A DNA stretch of 64,000 nt from Adineta vaga (taxonomy: Eukaryota > Animalia > Rotifera). Shown here piece by piece: positions 24,023-41,172 of the stretch (position 1 is its first letter; every line of letters begins with the position of its first letter). The notes below the pieces were generated by a model that saw only the letters and a program-made list of their open reading frames with translations, was not told the DNA's origin and searched no databases. The stretch lies in NCBI GenBank assembly GCA_021613535.1, contig CP075493.1, positions 4,402,001 through 4,466,000 on the forward strand, read 5' to 3'. Made by a program: the position numbers and the translations under genes.

Positions 24023-27000
24023 ATGTCTCATAAAAAAAACAAATTAAATCGTTTTGCTGTCGATCATTGTGGTAGTCTTGGCTCGCTTTATGATGCTAAT
24101 CGAGATAGCATACGAGGAAAGCTGCCTACTGATTACACATCGAAATCAACAAAGTTAGAAGATCTGCCGAAATGCTTTCTAACCAACAGTTCTACACCTG
24201 AAAACCCAAATTTACTTGAAATGATACGTATTCAGTGTGAATTGCGACTGAGTATTTTTTTAAAGTTAGTTTCAACATCTGATATTGCATCATTAATTGA
24301 TTATCCTCTCCGGATTGACCAAAATACTCGTTTTATATATTTTCGTCACGATACCTTACGTGAATCTCTATGCGATATTTCCGATGTATCGTTAACATCG
24401 TCTTCATTTGGGACGTCTTCTACACATATTATCACAGAAATTACCTATGGCATTGTTGTTCTTATGATTATAAAATTGCCACCTAATCACAATACAAAAC
24501 ATAATTCCACGCTTGAAAGAATATGTACTTCTTTAAGCCATGATCAATGCGCACAAGATATTGATGAAGATGAAGAGGGAAACGATTTATTTAAACAAAT
24601 TGACTTAATACATGTTTATTCAAATATAGATGAATTAACAAAAGTCAATCAGTTTGAAAATATATACTCGGAAATATTTAGACTAAAAACGGATCTCAGT
24701 AAACATCAACAAGTGATGTATACGCTCAATCCAATCTCACCGTTTTTTCCTGACCTATCTCCAAACGAATGTCAATATTGTCCTCTCCATGAAAGCATTG
24801 CTTGCGCATTGGAAACATATTTGATTCAATGGTTATCTAAATGGAGAAAGTTAACCGTTCGGCTAAATGATGATTTGTCAAAAACATTACCGAAGGAATT
24901 AATAACAGAGCTGAAACCCGTCCAAGAACGTTTCTCAGAAGTGAAACAATCACATGAGAAAAGGCTCAAAAAACTTCGTAATTTAGTGGTTAAAATTCGA
25001 AAAAATATAGCAGTAGAACAATCAAATAATGCACTATTGACATTATGTTCCAATGCAGCAAGTGATCATTCTATACAAGATTTAAATATGATCATCGTTC
25101 AATTAGAATCAAAAAGTAGTTTCGTTCAGCATTTACGAAATGATGGTTGGGAGTACTGTAATGTTGTTGAATTGAATATTAAACAAATATACAGTAAACA
25201 ATTTATTGAACATCTACTGCGTGAAAATTATCCCGAGAAAATTATTATCTGTTTGTCAGATGATATTCGTGATAAGCATAGCAAGAACACTGGCATGATC
25301 GATGCACGAAAAAATAATCCTAACATGAATTTTGTCTATGCTGATTTCACCTATTCAACATATGAATTAGAAGAGATGCTAACTATCGTCCCTCACGATA
25401 GTCAAACATCCGATAAGAATCCATTGAATACTCTTTTATCAATACCAACAACTGACAATTATATTAATATTATAATGCTCGGAGATTCTGGCGTTGGAAA
25501 ATCGAGTTTTATTAATGCGTTTGCTAATTATCTTCGTTTCGAAACGCTTGAACAAGCACAACAGACAGAACCAACTGTGATCATTCCTGTTTCATTTTTA
25601 ATGGCAATCAATGACAATTTTGAAGAACGCATTGTCGAGTTTGGTAAACAAGATCCAAATGAAAATCATAATGAAATTGGTCAATCCGTTACTGAACACT
25701 GCAAATCCTATGTTTTTAATATTTCTGATGAAAAAAAATTACGTATTATCGATACACCTGGTTTTGGTGATACTCGAGGAATAGAACAAGATAATTTGAA
25801 TATGGACGACATTTTTTCATTTCTCAAATATTTTCCCTATATCAATGGTATATGTCTTCTGTTTAAACCAGAAGTGATACAATTAAATCCTTATTTACGT
25901 TCCTGTTGCACTCAATTGTTTAATTATTTTGGAAAGAATATTCGTGATCATATTATATTCTGTTTTACTAATGCACGTTCGACATTTTTTGCACCAGGCA
26001 ATACTCGACCGTTGTTAAATACATTCTTTCAATCATTTCCAGTAAAAAATATTCCTTTCACAAAAAACAATACATTTTGTTTTGATAGTGAATCATTTCG
26101 ATATTTAGTTGCATTGCAAAATGGTATCGAATTCGGTAAGAATGATAGAAAAGAATTTGAACAGAGCTGGTCTAGATCAGTAACTGAATCGAAACGTTTT
26201 CGTGATTATGTTCTTAAACAATCGCCATATCGTCGAAATAGTGAATGGAAGTCTATTCAAGATGCTCAGTCGCAAATTAGTTACGCGATACGGCCAATAT
26301 TAGAAAGTATGCGAAATGATCTGAGAAATATAATTTTATATGATTCAAAGTCATCAATCGAACTTTGTCCAATACCTCTCAAACGGAAACAAAATATCTG
26401 TTATACATGTAAACGTACTATAATCAATTGTGAGCATTTCGTGATATTATCAGATCTATTCCATAACTTAACACAACAGGTCAGTTTTATTAAAGATACA
26501 TTCGAGTTAGAATATCCTCAATAATATTATAAAATGATTTCGAATATGATTTTAGTGTGATAAAAGTAAACAAACGTTCGCACAATACACACTTCAATAT
26601 CAATCTCATAATATTCTCGATAATCATTCATTACTTGATTTGAAAAAGCGAACGAATTATCTCTGTAATATATGTGCTGAATTTACTTATTTCATGATGA
26701 AAACCTTACAGGATAATCAAGAAGATCTATTTCTGACTGGATTCGAGAGAATGGTTACCGAAGAAAATGCTAATTGTGAAATGGAAGCTACAACAAACAT
26801 CAACACAGAATTAACTAAACGGCTGAAAGAATTACAAATTCTCTATGAAAAACGATTAGAAGTGGTACAACTGGATGCAGATCCTATCGACTTATGTCAT
26901 ATCTATTGTCTGATCAATTCTCTGAATGAGATACCTACAGTGAAAAAACAACTAGACGCAATTAAACAATATCATCAATATTTATTGAAAAGCAATGAAC

Positions 27001-27029
27001 GGAACATTCCTACAAGCAAACCGACATAA
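24023..27029 (+). CDS. Stonustoxin-like (MACPF/CDC-type) domain + AIG1/septin-like GTPase fusion protein; intron 26480-26555
   Basis: GSLGSLYDANRD, STHIITEITYG, VYADFTY, GDSGVGKS and DTPG motifs. CAG|gtcagt...ttttag|TGT joins the 833-aa and 129-aa ORFs in frame. Confidence 0.82.
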
Positions 27030-27081
27030 CACTTGTCCGCTATTCAGTTTTCTATTCTAGAATAATATATTTTTAAGTTTT

Positions 27082-27174
27082 TGAGGGTGTGGGTGTATGT
27101 ATCTTCGTTGATTGTCTACACCTTAATGCACGTTCCATCCCATAGTTTTGCATCTCACTACACTCACACCCACA
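27082..27174. repeat. Imperfect inverted repeat, possible MITE remnant
   Basis: tgagggtgtgggtgt (27082-27096) vs acactcacacccaca (27160-27174): 13/15 complementary and GC-rich against the background. Confidence 0.4.
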
Positions 27175-27253
27175 GAATAAAACAAGGTTCGCTCACATCT
27201 TCAATGCACTGTAATGCGCGAGATTTATTCTTTGAAAAATAAATTAAGCAGTA

Positions 27254-28266
27254 TCACATAGGAGATATGTCATTTTTTATCATCAGTTCGGCAAGCACAG
27301 GAAAATGATCCGATGGATAATATTGACCATCGGAATCTGTTAGAATTGCATGCTGAATTGTTTTTAAATATTGAGATGTCACAAAAATATAATCAATTCG
27401 ATCACCTAATTCATGACCGACAAAGAAAGTTGACCATGTACTGTTTGGACCATAATGAGGTATTTCTGTCAAATCCATTGCATCTTGAAGAATAGAACTG
27501 GTCACAATTGTTTGATAGGGATCTGAATCAGGACCGGTATTAAAATCACCAGTGAGAATTACTGGTACATTCATTTTAGTCATATTTTGTATACGACGAA
27601 GAATTAAACGAGAACTTTGTTGACGAGCAACTTTTCCAATATGATCAAAATGCGTATTAAAATGATAGAATATTTGATGAGTATGTCGATCACGAAGTTT
27701 TACCCAACTACAAACACGTGTTACATCAGCATCCCATCCTTTACTAGCAGGAGTTTCGGGTGTTTCCGATAACCAAAATGTGTTGTTATCAAGCATATCG
27801 AAACGATTAGCTCGATAAAATATAGCTGAGAATTCGCCTTTCTCTTTACCATCATCACGACCAGCACCATACCATTCAAATGAAGGTAAAGCACTTTTTA
27901 AATCATTCATCTGATTAGGTAAAGCTTCCTGAACACCAAAAATATCAACTGCATGGTAACGAATCAAACGCATCACACGATCTTTTCGGAGAGACCATCG
28001 ATTGATTCCATCATTAGCTGTATCAAGACGAATATTATATGTCATAATTCGAAATGATGAATTGTGTGATATAACTATAAACATGAATATATATCGAAAT
28101 CATCTGCATGGTACAAGGCTCAGTAATATGTACCTGCTCTTGAAGTTGCTTGTGTTATTGCTGTATTGGCTTTTCGTGTCAGAACAAGTGTCGTAGAAAT
28201 AATAACTGTAGCAACAATGCATACAGTAACAATGATGGAAACATGAATCCAACTAATCGTTTTCAT
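27254..28266 (-). CDS. Endonuclease/exonuclease/phosphatase (EEP) family protein with N-terminal signal anchor; intron 28133-28075
   Basis: MTYNIR, GVQEA, NTHFD, LTGDFN, RIDYIF and PSDHFPV motifs. Exon 1 (MKTISWIHVSIIVTVCIVATVIISTTLVL...) splices in frame. Confidence 0.88.
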
Positions 28267-28795
28267 TCTAAACAAATACTTGTTTTTTTCTTCTTCTTAG
28301 AACAATCACAAAGAATACTAATACATACTTTGCCATTGCACCGTTAGCTGAAACGGGCTAAGAATATATTCAAGTTTTGTCTATACAAAGATATCAAATG
28401 AATGAAGAAAAACTTTTTACCTGATTTTGTTGATTAGTTACTGCTTCTTCATTTGATGGTAATGTTATCTCTTGGCTCATAGTTGGTCTTTATTGTTAGA
28501 GAATATTGCAGAATGCAGTGACAAATAAATATCATTATAGGTATTTATTAAGCATAGATTAACAAAATAAAGTACATGATCATAGAACGAACAACAACCA
28601 CTCTTAGTATAATTGATATTTACTCGACGAAAACAAAGTAAAAATGCGATGTCATCTCTTCAGTACATTTATATGTAGTAAAGATTATTTAGTTGATTTT
28701 CTTTCCATCGTGTTCGACTCATCATTCTTCTTCCTTATCTAATACAACTGCATCACTTACATTCATATCGTATCATATCATTTAGAAGGAAAAAA

Positions 28796-29727
28796 ATGTC
28801 AGCAAGTGATAATACTGAATCGAAAACGTCCCTGAAACTTTCAGATTTGACGGTAGACAATATTACAAAAAATGCAATTCAAACCAATAGTGAAACACCG
28901 AATTTTCGATTCAAATTCTTGATGGAAAAATTAATTAATCATCTTCATAACTATATTCGTGAAACACGATTAACAACGGAAGAATGGACACAAACAATTC
29001 AATTCTTAACTTCATGTGGACAGATAAGCAATGATGTTCGACAAGAATTCATATTATTAAGTGATATTCTTGGAGTAAGCGTTCTTGTTGATGCTTTAAA
29101 TCATCCCAAACCCTCGAATGCAACTGAATCAACGGTTCTAGGACCATTCTATACGGAAGATGCTGTAGATGTAGCTAATGGAGAAAGTATTGCATCACCT
29201 AATAAAGGTGAAATATGTCTTGTTTTGGCTACAGTTAAAAATACGCGAGGAGAACCTATTGAAGGTGCAAAAATTGATGTTTGGGAAACGGATGGTAATG
29301 GTCTTTATGATAATCAATATGAAAATCGAGATAAACCTGATATGCGTGGTCGTTTGACTACAAACCAGCAAGGTGAATTCTATTTTACATGTGTTAAACC
29401 AGTTTCATATGCTGTTCCAACGGATGGTCCCGTTGGAAAACTACTCAAAGAATTACATCGACGTGCATATCGACCTGCACACATACATTTTCGTATTTAT
29501 ATTCCTGATAGTGAATATGATGATTTAGTTACAGCTTTATATGTTCAAGATGATCCATATTTAATGTCAGATGCAGTTTTTGGCGTGAAAAAAGTCTTAT
29601 TATTGATGTCAAGAAAGTTGAAGATGCAACAATTGCTAAGATGTATGATGTTAAAGAACAAGATTGGTTGATTCGATATGATTTTGTAATGACGACACGA
29701 AACGAAACACAAGCACTCATTCAATAA
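28796..29727 (+). CDS. Intradiol ring-cleavage dioxygenase (hydroxyquinol/catechol 1,2-dioxygenase-like); 1-nt frameshift in an A-run near 29590
   Basis: RQEFILLSDILG, TESTVLGPFY, DVWETDGNGLYD, PVSYAVPTDGP, RPAHIHF and SDAVFGVK motifs. Adding one A restores KSLIIDV...RYDFVM...* at 29727. Confidence 0.88.
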
Positions 29728-30196
29728 TTGTTGAAAAGTTTTACATGATTTCAATGCTTCAACATTCTATCGTTATAGAAGAAAAAAACATTGTATTTAC
29801 TTCTCCGTTCTGTGATGTTTTTTTCTTATGGTTTTTTTAATAATTTCAGTGCATTTTTTTTTCTTTCCTCTTTATGATGGTTTTTCTTTGGTTACACATG
29901 ATTACATGAATGATGAAGAAGAGAAAGGAGAAAAGAAACCACTCGTAATACATTTACATACATATATGTAATTTATACGAATATTATCTGATGTATTATT
30001 GTTGATAATTAAAAAAGCCATCAGGTTTATATGAGCTGTTGTTATTTTTATGAATAATTATTTCTATATTTGTTGTCATTGCCTTGAAAGCGAGTAAAAA
30101 TATTCTGAAGCACCTACATTTCATTTACAATTGACACAATATGTTTTGACAGAACAAAGTATAATCAGAATTTTAGTAATTGATTTTATTTTAGAG

Positions 30197-36390
<6,194 letters not shown>

Positions 36391-36757
36391 TATACTCATG
36401 GTGCTCATTTATAGATAATTAATTTTTTTGTAAAAAATTTCTATAGTTTTTTTTCTCTATATCAATAATAATCACGCATTAGAGACTAACAAAATAAGTC
36501 TCTATGTTACCATCATCCTACAACATGAAAGATGGGAAAGAATACACTGTAGAAAATAAAGGTTTATATCTTCGTCAAGTAGGATTTTAAAAAAAAGTTC
36601 TTTACGCGTTGCAAATTCGTAAACCTTTTTGTTTGTTTGTGACATCATCACAAACGGTTTTACCGTTAGTTATTCTCCACTTTTTTTATGGTGTATGTCT
36701 ATGTAATTTCATAAGACGAAATGAGTCATAACAAAGTCAAGATAAATACAAAACATA

Positions 36758-38001
36758 ATGTCGACATATATTCGAACTATTGCTTCATCGGATAGAATTC
36801 TATTCATCGCTCATGGACGGTCCTACTGCAACTTTTCAACCACCTGTAGTACCACGAGATTCGGAAGGATATGTAAAAAGCTTTAGTCTCTCCAATAATG
36901 ATACTTTGGAAGCAGTAGAGGCACGTGCTTTTTTCGAAAAATATGGTTTTGTAGTAATTGCCAATGTCTTCACTCTGGAACAGTGTGAAACGACAATATC
37001 CGATATTTGGAATGTGATTGAATCTTCTATCGGACAATCGTCCGAGATGATGAAAATCTTTGGACTCCTAAGTAGGATCAAATAGTTTTCACAAATTTTC
37101 TCAATATAACTCGCTCTATTCGTTCAATTATAGATTGTGGTACAGAACTGGTCTTGTGGAGGAAGGTATCATTGGTCATGCTAGTTTATGGACACGACAG
37201 ATTCTACTCAATCGACAAACTTCAGCTTTGCATACTGCCTTCGCTACTATTCTTGGAACAGAAGATTTACTTGTTAATCAGGATCGTTATGGAATGTTTC
37301 GACCAGCGAAAGAACACCCTGAACGTGCGACAATGGCAAATCTACATTTAGATATGAATCCATGGAATTATATTGAAGGTTAACAGCATCATATATTCAT
37401 TATAGAATTATAATTTAAAAGTTCCTTTTTCACATTTGTTTGTTTAGACCAAGATAACTCGCATCAATTGCAAGCTCTTACGGAATTGAATTACACATCT
37501 GATGATGATTGGATTGATGAAAATAATGAACCTGGTTGTGAAGCAGTAGGTGAATTGCATGTACAAGGTCTGGTGAATCTTGCTGATAATTTAGAGGAAG
37601 ATGGTGGATTTTGGCTTGTACCTGGTTTTCATAAATATCTGGCACAATGGGCAAAGGATCACGAATCATTACGGAAGAAATTTGGACGACATTTTCAGTT
37701 CTTGCTATTCGATGAAAGTGATGTACCAGACATGTATAACAATGCTTGTCATATTTCAACACGCGCTGGATCGGCTATGCTGTGGGATCAACGAACTATG
37801 CATGGATCACGAGTAAACCATAGTCAACGTCCTCGCTTTGCACAATTTTTTAAGATGTTTCCTCGTCAACATCCTGCAATGACATTGGAACGAGCCGAAT
37901 ATCGACGGCAAGCAATTCTTTCAAAACTTGAACAGGCAGAAATCAATTCAAAGACAGATCTTACGCCACTAGGAAGAAAAGTCTTTGGTCTTGATTCATA
38001 G
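36758..38001 (+). CDS. PhyH-like Fe(II)/2-oxoglutarate dioxygenase; 3 exons, apparent frameshifts near 36790 and 37040
   Basis: FFEKYGFVVI, NLHLD (HxD), QGLVNLAD..DGGFWLVPGFH and GSAMLWDQRTMHG motifs. Introns ~37072-37133 and ~37379-37447. Start uncertain. Confidence 0.75.
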
Positions 38002-38216
38002 TCGATGAATCATTCAAGAAATTCTTAACGAACACATTTGCACGTGATCGTGACAGTCACATGTGTTTCTCCTTGATAAGAAAAAATAAATACCATCATA
38101 GTCACGTTGTTTTTTTTTGTCTATTCTGTAATGTCTACATATATCTTATATCATTATTATTTGTTTATTCTTTATACGAGCAATATTTTTCATTATAAAA
38201 TATTCAGTAAGATAAT

Positions 38217-41014
38217 ATGGATGAGATTCTAACGGAAAAAAATTATCAATTAGTTCGCTTTCGTGATACGACTATTCAAATTCAAACAATCATTGTCAAT
38301 GGTATTCAATACTTGTATTTAGAAGATATTCAACGACGTTTTCCTTCAGTATCTGCATTGAGTATAGATGATATTCAATTAGCATTTCTACGTGATGAAA
38401 ATGGACATTATCAAATTCCACTACGAATCGAAGCGGTCAAAGATAAGATTATTGATGCTTTAGAACCTTTCGAAAAACAATCTTCGAGAGAAGTTCATAC
38501 ATTATTCGATCAGATTGATATAAAAATACATGAAATGAATAAGAAAACAGATCTTATTCTTGCCAATACTCAAGAAACACTCATTCGAATCAAACATATT
38601 ATGACATTGATGTATGAATTACATGAATATACAACTCCTCGTTACTTTTTTATTCTATCAGTAAATCATCATAAATGGTCATCGATCAATGGTGTACAAA
38701 ATTTATTTCTTCTTCATTATAAACTCTTCTTTTTATGTGAATGTTCTAATGATCCTGATAAATTACATATTGCACCACATGATGGTTATTCAATTAAAAA
38801 GCCAAGTGAATTTATTGCAAATTATGGATCTTATCTACGAACAACATTACGTATTGCTCGAGGTTTACTTTCTGTCGGAGGTTTTGTTATTCCTCATTCA
38901 GGAAATGCATCACTTATGTTAGCCAATGCACTTCCACCATTTGTTCAAGAACCAACTAATTACACTGAAGTTAATAATAAATTGGATGTTGTTGAGAAAA
39001 TGTTGAATCAAACGAATAATGAAGTTGTACATGTTGATCCATCGATTATTCGACAAGCGGTATTACCAGAAGTGCCACTACAAGGTGCACAATTACGAGA
39101 ACTCGAAGTCTTTCTAGATTGTGTTGATGACAAACATAGTTTAGGCAATCTCTATCGAACAACTACCGATAATGGTCATGTACGTTGGGTTTGTTTAGAA
39201 CATTATAATACCATTGGTTTTAACAATAAAATGATCGATTACATTCATCAATTAGAAGCTATGGGAGGAAAATTTAATACACAAAGAAGAGAAGCTATTC
39301 TTACAGGAAATTTAACAACAAAAAATATAATCATGTTATGTACGGCTTTAAAAAATGGTTTTACGATGTTAACTCTTGTACTGGAAAATTGTTCAATTGA
39401 TATAAAAGATCTCGATAAATTATTTGATGTTATTATCAATCGTTCTTCGATTTATCGATTGAACATTTCTAATATTGAAGTTCGTCAACGGTTGAGAACA
39501 TCGAAATATATTTCTAATAATCTAATAGTTTATTTAAAAAATCAATCAATAAAAGTACAATTTTCCACCAATGATGACAATGAAAGTATCAAATTACTCG
39601 TTCGACTTTTTCAACAAAATAAAATATGTCGAACATTTCATTTTCATGGTTATGATCTTCCATTGTATGATGAAACTCTTCTAAACTATCTTAAAGAATA
39701 TCGAGAATTAACATCATTAGTTATCGATTATTTTATAAATATGGATTTTGTAAGTACACTTATTATTTCGAATTCTACTCTTCGTCGATTGAAATTAAGT
39801 TTTTGGTTTAATTCATCATCAACTCTCTTTGGTCTCTGTCAAGCCATTCAACGAAATCAAACTTTAACAGATCTAGATATTATGGATCATACTTGTATTG
39901 ATGATAAAACTGGTACGATAGAATTGTTAAAAACAATACAAACTCATCAAAGTATGAAACATCTTCGTCTTCATATTTTTGATGTACGACCATCAAATGA
40001 AAATGAACTATGTCTTATTGATTCTTTATCAAATAAGACATTTATTACTCATCTACGTATTTCTCAATCGATTATTTCTCAAGAATTGACTCAAGCACTT
40101 ATTTATGCTTCGAATGAATTACATTCGTTGACTTATTTGGAAATTTATGATAGTCAGTTGCATGAGGACAGTACTGCTAAATTACAATTATTATATACGA
40201 ATGAAAATTTAACTCATCTACTAATAACCGATCAACAATATTCTTCCGTAGCATTGACTGAACTTCGACAAGAACTTCAGAATGGTAAAAGAAAACGAAT
40301 TGATTTCAAACGTTTAACACAATAGTACTTTTTGTATTTTTAGAAATCTTACAATATCAAAATCAAAAACTTGAACAACTAATCGCAAAATCATACAGCC
40401 AGTCATCGATCTGTTTAGATCAAATGACATTAACTGATCATGATATGGATATCGTTGTAAAACAAGCCATCATTCAACAGCAATGTAAATTCCTCTCTTT
40501 ACAATCAAATAAAATCACATCTATTGGTGTATCAATTATTGCCGATGCATTGCTTACCAATAATACATTAGAAATGTTATATCTCAGTAATAATTACATA
40601 TCAGATGATGGTGTTTGTTCACTCGCAAAAATTCTTTCAAATACTTGTCAATTTCTTAAAACACTTGTTCTTCAGAAAAATCAAATTACCGATCGAGGTG
40701 TTAAATCTCTTGCTCAAATGTTAGAAGTAAATCAAACATTAACTTGGTTGTATCTTGGAGAAAATCAAATTAGTGATGAAGGTATACGAGTTTTAGCTAA
40801 CGTACTTACTAAACAGAATAAAACACTCGAAATGTTAGTTGTTTCTTCAAATAAGTTAATAACAGATGCAAGTATCGATGTACTTATTCCAATGATTCAA
40901 CAAAATCAAACTTTAAAAAAACTATGGATGGATGATTGTAATCTATCAGAAACTGGCAAACAAAAATTTCAAATCATACAAGCATCAAAACAAGATTTGT
41001 ATATTCGCTTGTAA
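38217..41014 (+). CDS. RI-like leucine-rich-repeat protein with a Mortierella-type (COR-tail-like) N-terminal region; intron 40285-40343
   Basis: YELHEYTTPRYFFIL, LFFLCEC, HDGYSIKKP.EF and LGNLYRTTTDNGHVRWVCLEHY, followed by LxLxxNxIxDxG repeats. AAT G|gt...ag|AA ATC joins in frame. Confidence 0.8.
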
Positions 41015-41172
41015 TATATCGTTTTATACTTTGAATTTACAAAAAAAAAGAAAAATACATTGCTTTATATTAGAGCACAAAACAATTACACTGATATGGT
41101 TTTACAAAATAAGTATAGACTGTAGTTGCGAGTATAAAGATAGAGGAATTTTATAAAACAGAAGTATTTCAT

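Noticed and set aside
36481-36503. Small hairpin agagact...agtctct after the ABCC gene
   Set aside because: A 7-bp stem is expected by chance, and intrinsic terminators are not relevant in a eukaryote.
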